Notes under the pieces: generated by a model
The model's database searches: none
Told to the model about the DNA's origin: nothing
What the model saw: only the letters and a program-made list of their open reading frames with translations
NCBI RefSeq assembly: GCF_964204645.1
Contig: NC_134027.1
Span: forward strand, 21,290,560 to 21,354,559
Length of the DNA: 64,000 bases
DNA from: Tubulanus polymorphus
Taxonomy: Eukaryota; Animalia; Nemertea
Reading direction: 5' to 3'
Made by a program: the position numbers and the translations under genes
In this document: piece after piece, positions 1-36,800 of the stretch
How positions within the stretch are numbered: position 1 is the stretch's first letter
Layout: the number at the start of each line of letters is the position of its first letter

Positions 1-1786
1 GGCCATGGAAATATTTCCTGACAAAAAATAATTTCATGAAAAATAAATTTCTATCGGCGACATGTTCAAAATGTAACTTTCCATACATCTATGTATATAT
101 ATATACGGATCCGGGAACCAGCAACCGGTAGCTGGCTCCCGGTTCGGCGACCGGTTCATAATTTCGCCGAACCGGGAACCGGGAACCGATAGCCAGCTTC
201 ACGGGGGTATGAAATTAGCGTTCTACGATCTTGCGGGATTTCCTAATGCAGGGTGTATGGATGGCAGCCTCGTTGAATTGAATGCACATTTCGCCGATGG
301 AAGATGCGATGGTTGGTGTGCCATAATTTTGGTAAGTTCGATTAATGTCAAGTGTGCAACACACCATTACAATCATGAATCGATGGTATCTGATATTAAC
401 AAAAAGATACCTGAAATAATTCTAAATTTAGGAAGCATGTGTATATTCTGGACTAAACCGAATGAATGTTACCAATGAGTGGATCATTTGATCCTCAAAT
501 TTTCCTAAGGCCAGCGTCTGGACAGGGTTTCGTCAATGATGGTTCGAAGAATAATATACGCTTTGTTGTTTAAGTGCCGGTGCGTGATTTACGGGTGAAC
601 TTAAGACTTTTTTATTTAAGAACTCGAATCAACACGGATAGAATCGCCCATTTATTTAAGCAACGCGCCTACAACGATTTGCCTACAACGTCCATTTATT
701 TAACCAAATCGCCAATGGGAGTACCCAACGCGACCAAATCGCTCATCGAAGCGCTTTGATTCGATTTGCTACAGCAGTGGAGCGTTCGATGATAGATCAA
801 AAACAAAATGGCGGCTTTTTCAATCGCAGAAAATTCAGGTTCCGGTTGTGGAGAGTAGGGTCATTTATTTAAGGCGATTCGATTTGTACTACGTGACAGT
901 AATCGACGGAGCAAAGCGATTTTATACGAATTGCTTGAATAAAAACGCCTTTAAACTTACGGGTAGTTTCGTGAATACCACGTAGACAACCCGTAAGTTC
1001 GCCGGAAGATTACCCGCAAATCGTACCACGTGACACTAAACTTACGGGTGCTTCGTGAATACGGTCCCAGGGCGGTGATCGTGCCGCGTGTCCGTCACAT
1101 TAAATTCATTCACTAGAACTCTTCCTCCATTTTTTGTATTTCTAAATTGAGATCTTATTATGAGATCGTATTTTAACCTCTAGATCTTATCATTTAGCAC
1201 GACAAATCGAAATCGTACTTATCAAATTTGCCGGATAACTTACCAAATCAAACTTACCAAATCAAATTTGTAAAGTCCTTAACGTAAAGTTATGCCAGGA
1301 TAAATTATCCTGGCATAATCAAATTTGATTGGGTCTAATTTTTGAAATTAACACGGTAATTCAAAGCGATTTATCAAAGGCGTATTTAATACATCAAATC
1401 AAATTTGATTTTAATTAAAATCGTTTTTATCTTGTCATAATCAAATTCCATTTGGTCTAATTTTTGAATTTTACACGGCATCAAATACAAATCGATTCGT
1501 CAAATCATAAAATCACCCCCGGAGGTGATTTGATACGATTTGAAGATGGTGGACTCACAAATTCTTTTTCGAAAAACTGATATAAATGTCAAAACTGAAA
1601 GAGAAACCTAAATATAGATACGCTCTAAAAACCGGGACAGTATTTTCTTGTCAGCAGTTTGGAACAAGGCATCAAATTCATCCTGTTGTGTAAATCTTAT
1701 TTGATTAGATTACACGTGACTAGCAAATTATGTAGGCCGGGAAAAATCAACTTAATCTGATTTAGATCTTAGGAAGAGAGTTCAAG

Positions 1787-1995
1787 TATCTGAAAAACCA
1801 TTTAGCGATAACACTAAAAACCTCTCATTTTTTAATGAGTAAAGACAGTTTATAAAGACAGTTTAAACATTTGATTCACTTGTATTTAACGTGATGAGGG
1901 GATATGATCCCGAAAACGTTCGTGTCAATAAACTGTCTTTACTCATTAGAAAATGAGGTTTTTAGTGTTATCGCTTCTATGGTTTATCTGATTTG
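1787..1995. repeat. Tail-to-tail inverted repeat (~65-bp arms) enclosing a degenerate hammerhead-like motif; possible Penelope-type pseudo-LTR remnant
   Basis: AGCGATAACACTAAAAACCTCTCATTTTTTAATGAGTAAAGACAGTTTA (~1804-1852) is nearly the reverse complement of TAAACTGTCTTTACTCATTAGAAAATGAGGTTTTTAGTGTTATCGCT (~1929-1975). The spacer contains GTGATGA-GGGGATATGATCCC-GAAA-ACGTTC. Confidence 0.55.
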
Positions 1996-2377
1996 ACAAG
2001 AGATACCTTCGCCTAATTATCAGGTGATTTGATACGATTTCCGTGGAGATGGTGCCTTGGTGGAGTCGACTCACAAATATTTTTCGGATAGGCCTAACTG
2101 ATATAAAATGGTCAAAATTTGGAGAAACTGAAACTCATTCTAGGAAATAATATTTATAAAACCGGGGCTTTCGTCTTTAGCGTGTTCCGATATGTAATGG
2201 CAGTTACGACATTTCTGGAGCCATCCTTTGTTGTACAGCAAATAAGTCGGTTGAGGTTGATATTTAGTGCGACTGTTTTGACATTAGTTATACTTCCGCA
2301 TTGGCTTAAATCAGAAGCAATCAAATCGACAACAGATCAAAAACGAGATTCGAAAATCACACCCGTTGAGGAAAACG

Positions 2378-25007
<22,630 letters not shown>

Positions 25008-26008
25008 GATTCTCCTACAGAGCCTCAGCTGCACAAAATACATTTAGATATAAGCCGGTAAATTGTGACATTAAAAAAAATGTAAAATAACCAATTTTAT
25101 GGCTTAAACAGTCAAAATATGTTAGTGAAACACGTGACATGTTGCTATTATATAGAAACTGTTACTTACAGTTATCTTCTACAGAATCTAATGATACTGA
25201 TGTCGTTCTTCCTCTCTTGTAAAAAAAGGATAATGTATGTTCAATTGCTGAAAATGATTTTATAAAGTACTAAAAACAGCTTTTGCGGATCATTCATTTA
25301 CTATGTAAGGGGTCAATCTAATGCAGGTTTAAAGAGGTGATTGTATGTACATGTGTGCATTTAGAAAGCGATCTGTTTTGTTTCTGGCAATGGATTTTCA
25401 GAAAAATATGATACACAGTAAAATTGCTTAATCTGGACAATTTTTGACCCATGAAATCATACGATTATACAATCTAGATTAAGCATATTCTTTGTACATT
25501 TATGTATGGATGAATCATGATTTTAACTGATCTGGATTAAGAGGGTTTGAATGTACATGTATATGTCCGTTCTTTTAAGGCAAACTGTTATTGGATGAAA
25601 TGTTGAACTGTAAGCTTGAGATTGAATCACAGTAAAAATTTTCCAGAGAACAAACTTCGCAAATCTGACATAAATTCAATGGAAATGCTATTCTTTGTAA
25701 CCCTAAATTTGTTATAATTCCATGTATTTCATTGGACCCAACAGTGGCATTATAAAAGACTATTACTGTCAGTGACTCAAATATATGTTCATATTGCAAA
25801 ATCTAAAATTCACTACACAGATACAGTACGCACACACGGAGGCGTATTTAAAAATATGTGTATGTAATAAATGAATGAGCCCTATGATATAATATTTGTA
25901 TTTTTGCGCTTTATTTGTGATCGCAGTCATGTACCTTCATTATAAACGAGTCGCATTGTTTAAGTTTATCCGTCAACATGTGGAATATGATAGTATTGTA
26001 TCATTATA

Positions 26009-26192
26009 CAGTGGAACCTCGTTACAACGAACTTCACGTCGAACTTCATGGGAGCTGAATATGTTCGTTATAACCGATAGTTCGTTATATCCAGTATGAA
26101 AATAATTAAATTGTATTACTTGGGACAAAATTCTATAATTGTTATCTCCGATGAATCGTTGTATCCGAGTTCGTTATAACGAGGTTGCACTG
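26009..26192. mobile_element. Tc1/mariner (pogo-type) MITE with TA TSD
   Basis: TA|CAGTGGAACCTCGTTACAACGAACT ... AGTTCGTTATAACGAGGTTGCACTG|TA. Confidence 0.85.
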
Positions 26193-27561
26193 TATCTCAC
26201 TTCAGAAACATCGTCCAGTCAGTTTGAGTTTCTGTTCTTTGGTCTTATTCAGGCATCAATCCGCAGCTTGGACACACCCCGCGCTTCAATATTTTATCAC
26301 CAATTTTGATCATCCAGAGGCTATATTTTCGTTGACATTTTTAGTTGGAAATGAACTAAGGACACCAGCGATAAGGCTAAAAAGATACCTTGTTTCCAAT
26401 AAAGAGAGAATCCCACAATGATAACGAAAAAACAAAGTCTGAAAATGTTTTCTAGACCGTTAGTTTATTCGACGTTTTGACTATAATCGATTAGTCATCT
26501 CCAGGCATACTGCTTTTTGTTGCCTTGTTTCTCATTTTAAGGCAACTTTTTTGCCAGTCCACCAGAATTTTTTTTAGGTAAAAATCTATTGAATGAATGC
26601 ATTTACAATGTGTACCTATTGTTAAAATATTGTTAATATTTTCTGAACACAATGGGATCACTACATTTTTCGTCTTGATTTGTACATTGTCAGTAAGTAG
26701 TAAGGTCAGTACTGACATGCATACTTTAGATAAATCGGTGGCCCTAAGCTCTGCATTATCCATCTATGAGGGAGTACAACGGTGTGGGGCAACTGACTCT
26801 CTGCCCAAAATTTCAATTTTGAGACATTCGCATTATGAATTAGAATCTACCGACCTTTTTGTTTGACTTTTTTTTCGGTGTGATTTTTTCTACCTACCCG
26901 ATCGTGGAAAACAACGTATCTTTGTGTTTGCCTAAACCATTTCATTGCCCTTAATATTCAAAAATTAGTGTTGTTGTTAAACTAGACTGCTGCACTGACT
27001 TCAACTGGCTATGGTAAATGTCAGAAGGCGTTCGTTCCAGGCTGCCGATTCATAGCTGCATCTATTCTAGCCGATCCTAATCATCGTACTTATTCTATTT
27101 ATAAGTTGTGGTGAAATTATTTGATTATTCATTACTCGTTATATCAATGATTAGATTTGTGTTATATGTATATTGGCCAGAACGTATAATGTTTTTTATC
27201 GGATCATTCGTGTATATATATTTTTATATTCACTTCTCCCCGATCTGTGTAGTATATTTCAAGCTTAAAGCTATTGTAATCATGTTGTCGATAATGTTAT
27301 GAGAATTGTTACTTACGTATTTATATATTTATCAAAAATATTCATGTATCACAGTAAACTTTGCCTTCTGTCGGTACTGGTCCGGTGATTTACATCTTCC
27401 CACGGCTGGGATTCGGTTTTTTCGGTGTTTTCACGAGCGGTTTCCTGCGGCAGCTGGAAAAAGCTAGCTGGAAACCGCTCATGAAAACCAGCCTTAAGGT
27501 GTGCCCGCTCGTATCGGGCGTATAAATTCATCGGCGAATTCGCTGGCGAATTTAGTCGTTG

Positions 27562-27642
27562 CGATCGGGCGGTCTTGTGTGGCAGGGTTTCGTACCGTGG
27601 CAATATCAAGGTTCGAATCCCTGCCGGGGAGGATGGGTGATT
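27562..27642 (+). mobile_element. tRNA-like repeat (SINE-like) copy with Pol III A/B-box motifs
   Basis: GGTCTTGTGTGGCAGGGTTT...AGGTTCGAATCCCTGCCGGGGAGG; related copies at ~41315-41400 (+), ~50362-50443 (-) and ~50921-51010 (+). Confidence 0.65.
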
Positions 27643-27861
27643 TACTGCTTGTCTCTGCAGTTGAATTACTATATCCGCATAGATTTTCTAACCCATATAA
27701 GGCCGCGCAAAGAAATGTCGTTGCATTCAAGCCAAATCCAGTGTGTGTGACTTCCGATATATCAAATTAAAGTTACCCAACTACATCAAACAATTTGCAT
27801 CCCATACACCTTAACCCCTGTCTACCGCCAGGTTTTCCCTACGTACTTCCTAATATAAATA

Positions 27862-28531
27862 CATAGTAAAACTCCCCGATATACCGCCTTACTCTCTATA
27901 CCGCCAAAATCGTTCTGCACCGATTTGTGGGCGGTATATCGGGGGTTGACATTTATTACTCGAAACCAGACGTTTGGTGTATCGAAACTCTTAAACTTGG
28001 ATTACCAGTACTTAGGTTGACCCATCAGTATACATGAAACTACTGAACAGCTGTTGCTTGTTCTGGCTTTCATAATTTTGAAATATTCATAATTTTATGT
28101 AAACGTACTCCCTCTAATCTGACAGTGAAGCAGTCGTTGTCATAAACCTACACCATGCACATGTACCGTACAATATTTGTCTCGTGTGTTTTATGTAGCG
28201 GTTTCACCCTTTATATATGTCTTGAGAGTTTTGTGGTCTATTCATAGGCTACCACGCATTTCATATTTCTTTGGCCGGCTTGAAAAATCAAACATGCTTG
28301 ATATGGGCGATTCGCCGGGCGATTGAGTCGACCGACACGGCCGAATATTTCGGGCGATTGATGAATTCGCTGCGATCGGGCGAGAAAATACGCTCGTGTC
28401 CCTATCTTATATCTACAATATTACACATGATTGCAGAATATATGGATTGTTTCTTTTATAGATTAGTGGCTTCAGTAGCTAAAAAGATGCATCTCATAAT
28501 TTTCGGCGGTATATCGGGGGTATTTTATTAT
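27862..28531. mobile_element. TIR element, ~670 bp
   Basis: CATAGTAAAACTCCCCGATATACCGCC at the left versus GGCGGTATATCGGGGGTATTTTATTATG at the right; the GGCGGTATAT motif recurs internally and just outside. Confidence 0.55.
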
Positions 28532-30823
28532 GCATTTGTATTTGGCTGTAGGCCTATTACATAGGGTTTCTTCAGATTTCAGATGTCAAATGTTCCGTAC
28601 ATTGTGAAAACCTGGCGGTATATGGGAGGGCGGTATATCAGTTTGCTGAATTTCTATAAATTATTTAATCTCATAACCATGTGTTCGCGAGACCTTTAAA
28701 TCAGCATATTCCCGGACTAATTATAATGACAGAGATTTGGCAAACACCTTAATGATCTAAAATCGATTAAGTTGGGATGAAATGTTATTAATAATTCTTG
28801 TGCGATCTTTTTGATGATTGTTATGAAATTTTGAATGTTTTAGAAAGTGAAATATCCATGATTGTTTGTAAGCGGTGAAACAGGTGAAACGGGGCTGCAT
28901 TCTTCCAAACAGTGTCCGTCTAACCTAGTGATATGGAATTTCCAAAATCACCTATGAAATTTTTCAAACTATTTTTTTATGATGCATGTATTGTTTCAAC
29001 GTACCGGAATTGTCATTTTCATCACCAGGAGATTCCTCTTCCTTACTTCAAGTGAAACTGCACCTGGAGGATGTACAGTTGACTCCGCAGGCCCGTAGCC
29101 AGGCCCTCCAAAGGGGGTGCGATAAAGACTACAAGAGGACCTTAACCACGTCAGTAAAGCCGAGCGGCGAAGACTCAAAGTTTTAATGCGAGATCAGCAC
29201 TCATTTGGTTTCAATACTGGTACTCTGATCAGAAAACATCAAAACATTGAATATAAAATTCCCCTCCTGGCTACGGGCTTGCTCCGTCAATATTCCGTAT
29301 CGTTTAGACTAAATATTTTCCCAGATTACCGAATATCGTGAGTTAAGAATCAGGGAATTTGAAGGTTATTAAATCACCGGTTGTGAGTGCGATTTACATG
29401 TATCAAGTTGACCAGTAGGATAACGAAGGTGTCTACTATATAATGATTCCAATTTTCCAGTTTTTAGAAAATTTGCATATCTTAGAAATATGGGGTTAAT
29501 ACGGATACGGACCCACTTGATTGGACAAATATGTATGATTCAATATATGTCGATCCTTTGTTTTACACAGTTATCTAGGGATGGCATCTCTTGAGACAGG
29601 TAAAATAATCCTGATCAACTACGGCACATATTCCTCGGTTTGATCTATTTTATACTTGGATTTTTAATGTTTTCGAATGAAATTACGAAAAAGCATAGAA
29701 CTTTCAAGACAAGATCTCAGAGGATTCGTACTTATGAAACATGGACATTATTTCTTTATTTTAACAAAATGAAAATCGTTGTCACATTCATTTAAGGCTC
29801 ATTTTTCATTTAATTGCGAAGATGAAACTGGTCCATAGACCTTTGTACCTCGTTACGACGAACTTCAGATAATCTGTTTGTAAGTTTATTCTTCTCGAAA
29901 TAGAAATTCAGTATAGAAAATGATTTTATTGTAAATACATGAACATGTAAAATTCTTTTATTTTGGGCAACATGTCGGTTCGCTGAATTTGTAAATCGTT
30001 CAATTTCCGAGTTCCTAAGAGGTTCACCAGTATTCGTCAGAATTATTGTTATAACCTATCGAAATAAAAACCTTTAATTTATCAAGAATAAAGAACTCTT
30101 TCAGTCAAATTATTCTGTTTCCGCTTCATTTTCTTTGAAACGAAGCTGACTAGATTCAAGTTTGATACGAGAGATTTAAAGCGAAGGGAATGCAAGGTCC
30201 GAGAACCGATGGAACAACTTGTAAAAGCTAGCATAGAGAAGTTACTAGTTTTATCAGAAATTTGAGTTGAAGTATCGAGAGTGATGGGAAACTTTTATCT
30301 TGTGACTGGGCTTTAGGTATGAGACATTCAATAACACGATTTACCCTCCATGCCCTTGCAATCATCGAGGCATCATTGAAGGTTGTGATATTCCGTTAGG
30401 GGTGTACAATCCTAGAAATCGGGCATCTACATTTGAGCCCTCTTGGTTTGTAGGGCCGATTTCGAGCTAGTTTTGGGGATCGAGAATGTTTTGTAGGTGG
30501 AGAATTCTAACTACTCGTCGTTTAGAACGGTAACGTTTACGGTGATAAGCGGTGTTTTGGTGCGAGATCTGCTCGAAGTAAGGCATAATCGGATAGAGGA
30601 GGCCTTCTTGGTGTATGAGGAGTATGAGGAAACAGATTCTTTTTCATAATGATGATAAAGATGACACTTGATACGTGATACAGTGGGTCCCTCCTACCAC
30701 AGCGGAAAGGAAATTGATAGGCCTACATGGTATAGCATGTTTGGTGAACCAATATGAAAATAGGAGTGCATATTCATATTCATTTCATATTTTGTTTCAA
30801 ACGTACGGATGTAAATATTTTTT

Positions 30824-33800
30824 TTATTTGATCCTTCCAGGCTGTCGGCGTTTATTTTTTGCTTGTATCGATTTCAGATCAATTGTCAGTATGGTGTAAA
30901 GAAGGGGATTGAGGGACGAGTTGATCGGTAAGAAAAGTACCGCCAGCCAAGCCGCCACCTGATTCGGTATTTCTACACGAAATACAACACAGACCTGAAC
31001 GATAATTAACGGCAGCCAGCAAAATAAATTACAGAGATTTATCACCAAACTCCTGCGTGCTAAAACTAGTTCTGTAGGGTCGATTCTACCAGAACCATAG
31101 CGACTTCCGGATACGAGTCTATACATCTGTGCGTACGTCGCCATTATGGTAGCCAGTAAGACTGAGTTGAACACTGCAAAAATAGCGAATGAATAGTGCC
31201 AGGCTTTGACATCAATGGAAATAAGATTCATAGGTAAACAAACTCCGGTAGTACCGTAAAAGTTTGCGCCAAAGTAAGAAAACGGCACAAGAGGTAATAA
31301 TACTATGACACTCAGGATAATCCAGCACGTACAACAAATAATGGATACTTTTCGTTGAGATACAACGTGGCTACTAGAAAATGGATTAACGATATTTGAG
31401 TATCTATGATGCGTAATGATGACCAGAAAAGTCAATGAGCCTTCACATGAAATAAACACCAGGATCCCAGCGAGGCGACATAGTGAACTGTCCGTCCATG
31501 TTTCTGAATGGAGAAAATAGAATCCTTTATAAATGTAATCGGCTCCAGCGATCAAAAACAAATATATAGACATCATGAAATCACACACCGCAACATTGAT
31601 GATCAGGATGTCAGATGATGGATTTGACCTGTGTGAAGAGGACAAACGAATCGAATGGATGCGAAGAAAAATGACAATTCCGTTGGCGAAAAAACTAAAT
31701 GAAGCGATGACCCAGATGATCGTTCTAAGCACTGTATTACCCATCAAATCAGAACAGGAGGAAAATGGATCACTTTCAGGGAGGCATTGATCAACACTCG
31801 GAGCCATGCAGCAGAATTTAAAAGCATCCGACTGTAGGGAGATCAATGACGTCAGATTGTCGAAAAGATTTCTGTCAACCGAAATAACTTTGGAATTGTT
31901 GGTTACATCAAGAATTTCAAGCGTAGTTAACCCAAAAAATGCATATCTTGAAATGTGATTGATTTTGTTGCTGCTGATATTTAACGACTGTAATGCGGAT
32001 AAACCCATAAACGCATATTCAGTCAGTATCAGTAAAGAAATACCGTGAAGGTCCAGAACATGAACTGATTTCAAACCCGAAAAACTTCCTTGTTCTAAGT
32101 ATCTCAATGGATTTCTAGTTACATATAGCTCTTTTAAGCTATACAAACCGGTGAATGTATGTGCCGATAAAGATGTAATGTTGTTGTATGTCAGGTCTAA
32201 TGTGTGTAGATTATGCAAGCTAGAGAAGGAGTTGGGTAAAATGTAAGATAATGCATTAAATGAAATGTTGAGAGTTCGGAGGTATTGCAGTGAAAGGAAG
32301 GTTGACGAGTTCATACGAATTCTGTTATTTGGCAATATCAGAACTCGAGTGGATGTGGCGAAAAGACCAGTTATATCTGTTAAACGCGCCTTATCACAAT
32401 TGATAATATAACCTTGACATTTACACTGTTTAGGGCACGTGAGGTCACAGAAAGCCTCGTCATCAATTGTATGCTTGCAATTTACAACGCCATTACAAAC
32501 TTCAGATTGTGGAATACATCGACTTTCCTGGCCACATTTAAACATTCCTGGACATGAAAATGTGTCACAGCTTCTTTCATCTTCCGAATTAGGACAATCC
32601 GATTGACCATCGCACACCTGTCTGATTGGTATACAGTACGATGCCGGACATTTGACAGTACCAGCTGGACATTCAAATTCTTCGCAGTTCAGAACATGTT
32701 CAAGATTTCTACAAACTGGGTAACCATTTATCATTCTTTCTAAGATACACCTGTGTCGTCTAGAATAACAATGGGGAGAATTGAAAGAACATCTCTGTTC
32801 ATCAGATCCCGTGCACAGATTTGTGAAATTAGTTTTGCACTGGTTCTCACTATTGCATTGAATTTTAGGATTTACTATGACATTAGTTGCTACTAATTCA
32901 TCTTCTTCGAGGACTCCACTGCAATCCACGACACCATCCTGATACAACCGAGAACTGATACAATCTCCGCTGTTACACACGAACCCCTGACACATTTCAG
33001 CCGTGCATCCTTTCTCATCGGAATTATCTTTACAGTCAATAACCCCGTCACATCGTTTATACCGACCAACACATTGACCACTTTTACATGGAAATTGGTC
33101 AGGCAAACACGGCGGATGGAAACAGAAGTTTTCATCAGAACCATCCACGCAATCTGGGATGAAATCACAAAAACCGCTGATTGAAACATTTACCTGACCG
33201 CATCGAAACTGGCTGTGTAAATTTATACCCACACAATTCAGTTCATCTTCACCGTGCCGACAGTCGTTTCTGGTGTCACATACGCGATGGTCGCTGATAC
33301 ATCTTTGGTCGTTGCATTTAAACTGCCATGATCTACAACTATTTACATAAGTTAAATCTTCACCAGTTACATTGCATGTACACAAAACAGAATACGCTTT
33401 ATCTGTTGCACCATCAAACTGTTTCACTATCCATTTGACTGTTTGAATATACGTAATATCATCTCTAGTGATTATTGGGCTTATAACTTGCAGTCTGTCG
33501 TTAGAACTTATCGTTAATATAGAGCTATATTGGTGTTGATAGTGAAATGTGTTTATAAGGTTTAAAATTTCTTTTTCGGTGTAATTGGTTATCTTGCTAA
33601 TTTCACCACGGATGTCATGACACATTTCTGACGCAGTTTCCATATCTAAACTGCGACGGTTTCCCCAGTTTGTCAATATTTGATGACATTGTTTGTTTAC
33701 GCTTACCCAGCCGATCTTACAGTTCATGTTATTCAAACCAGCAGTAGTATCAAAGGCGTGTCCTGGTATAAAATATGTTTCGTTATTAGTTGAATTCAAT

Positions 33801-36800
33801 TTTGTATATTTTGCGTTTGCTTCGGCATTCACAGTTGAACTATTTTTCCACGTATTTTCGACATCCATTCTTTCAAATTCACAAATAAAACTCATGAGTT
33901 CCTCTTCGATCATGCAGGGAAATCGAACCCAGTTCGCTGATCCTCGTGGATTATTCAGCAGCATAGCTGTACAAGGCATATTGACGTCATTTATCGGCTG
34001 TCTTCTTCGAGGAGATATCAATCCTTGAATAATTACTGGTATCGTGTTGTTATATGTAGGTTTAAACCACTCTGTGTAGCTCAGCGGTTTCCCATCAGTC
34101 CACGTGTATCCAGTGTTTGGCTAGAAATTAGAAATGCTAGCTAGAATCTAAATAACGAAAATCTAACATGAATCCAGTTTTGAGTTTACCTGAAGCGTTA
34201 ATCCAATCATCACTACAAGCGCCTTCTGGGAATATGCCTCGAAGATAAGTTCGGTAGAGAACAATCGTTTGATAGCAATCATTTCCTTTTCTGAGTTGAT
34301 ACTTAGTAAATGTCCCGCATACTTCTGGTTACAGTATTTCTCAGCATTATCCCAATTTAGACGTTCATCCCTTATGTATTTTATACAAGAAATTCCCGAA
34401 TCCAGAAATCCCAATTTACAGACGTTTGCAAACTGGTTTACTGGTGACGGTTGTTCTAGTGTGAACAGTATTTGAAATCTGGGAATTTGATTTTTCATCT
34501 CAAACCATAGGGGGCTGTCAATAAGACTATAGAATACAAGTCCAGGGGTGGCGTAATTGCCGCACAATCTGAGTTCATACACCATCACTCTGTTCTTATT
34601 CTTCTCTATTATCTGTATGAAATTAACGGGATCTCGGTCTTCTCCAGATAATTGGAGGCATGGTGTCGTTAGCATATATTTGATAACATATCTGTAATAA
34701 GCGATATTCTTACGTTTCGTATCTCGGACGAAATTGAAAAATAGTTTTGTTGACTGAGGGCGTGCAGACGCTGGGAAATTGGGTGATTGCATAATACCGC
34801 ATTGATCATTTATTTTGACCCACATAGGTAACCCTATTAACGCTAGCACACTCTTGTCAACTTTTTTCATACGTTGACATTTACGTCTTAGTCTCACTAT
34901 CAATGGATACCTGAAGAATAAACCCGCGTATCGTGTTTTAACATTATTCAATACGAGACTTCCATTGAGGAACTGACTACTTGAACTTATATACATATTG
35001 CATGATCTGTGAGATAATTCTTCCGGAAAACATCGGTCAATTTCATATTCGTATTCTGATAATACATAAATGTTTCTCAAAGGAAGGCGTCGGTTTTCAG
35101 GTGTAATCACGACGCACTGTGACGTCATATTAATCTGTCGTTCCCTTTTCCGTAAAACATAACTGTCACAGTCGGCTGGTCGAAATCCGAGCCCAAATGA
35201 CTTATCGACTTTTAACTGACCCTCCCAGTTATAAGCGTACGCTACTACAGTAACCGGTCCACCAGATGTAACCAGGCTGACGACGTTACGGTCGTACGTC
35301 CATGAACTAGGACAATACGGACCGTAGCGTCTAGCTGTAAAATCACCACCATCATATATGTAAAATCCAGCTCGCTCGCACTTCTCTGATGATACTGTCA
35401 GCTCGAAATTACGTTCATGAATATCGACTTTCCATTCGAACAGCAATATATTGACGCGATATGTGAATGCTGTCTTCTTTGATAACAGGAACATCCAGGT
35501 CGACGGCAAGAGCCAGTTATATATCTATAAAATAGATCTATTTCTGTATGATCAATATTGAATATCAGTGTCAATATAAGTATGATCAATAACAAATTTC
35601 TGTATGTTCATTAGTTGCATCAGTTCTCTGCTAATGCAAAAAGATAATCGTCATCATATGATATGATATTTGTTTCTCCTTGGTTCAATATTATGAAACG
35701 AATCGTGGAAGGAACCATAGAGGAGCCTTCAGGCTGGATTTATGAGACATAGACCGCTGGGCCCAGGGGATAACAAGTCCAAAAAATACATCGCTCTACA
35801 ATAATACATGATCAAATAAATCTTTAGTGAAAAGAAGGAAAAGCATAAGCTAGCAACTAACTTAATCATACTAATTTTGGGTTCAAGCCATGTTTTAATG
35901 CTCAATATATCTAGATTATGGATTATGAAATCTTTTACTCACCCGACGTTTTGTAATTTTTAAATCAACCTTCGAAAGTGGTTCCGTTTTGAAATATATT
36001 CCTATTTGAGACGTTGTAACTTTTTCCGCCAGTAAGATGCACAGTATAACGAGAAATCCACTGGATTTTACTTCCAGTGATTCGAGGTAGTTGTAGCTGA
36101 CTAGGATATCAGTTCCAACAATCGTTAACCCATCCAGTTTATACACACCAATGACCTCACCAGATGTGACGAGATCACGTGTCCAGTTGAAGACGACGTA
36201 CTGTAACACCTGCACTGTGATAGACCAGCAGTGCAAGCGTTTCGATTGAGTTATTACGTGTAGACTCTTGTCATCAGGAATGAGCACCCCCGATTCGTCA
36301 TCATAGATATGAATCGACGGATTCGATATGTTCCAATCTGATATCTTATATATCTGGACTAGTAGCTCTGAATTAAATTGCAGCTGCCAATAGTTTAAGA
36401 GAGAGATGACGGCTTTATTTGTTTTAGTGTAAAATGACGAGGGCGGATGTCCAGTTTGTTGACGAATAAAACCTATAGGTCCACCGCTGCTGTTCCATCC
36501 GTCATAAATTTCAACAGCTGTCATTGGTGGAACAATCGGTTTTAATCGGAAGCTGACTTTTTCGAATGTCAATTTCATAGCAAAACCATCCGACATTCCG
36601 ATCCATTCCAAAAACAACTTACATCGTCGTAAATTCATCGCGAATTTGTATCCTGTCGATGTTTGTAATTTAATTATGCGAAAACTGCTTTTGCTACAGC
36701 GATGACTTAATTTCAATCGACTTCTTTCAATGCGATACACGATAAATACCCGACTTCCACGTGCACCATCGACATTGCTCCTAAACGTTAACGAGATCGA

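Noticed and set aside
27562-27642. Functional tRNA gene (B-box GGTTCGAATCCC)
   Set aside because: I could not fold a canonical cloverleaf or acceptor stem, and the copies diverge in the anticodon region; treated as a SINE-like repeat.
30060-30700. Coding-like composition downstream of the GRL101-like stop codon
   Set aside because: No continuous ORF or diagnostic motif; possibly an old retroelement fragment, but it cannot be assigned.
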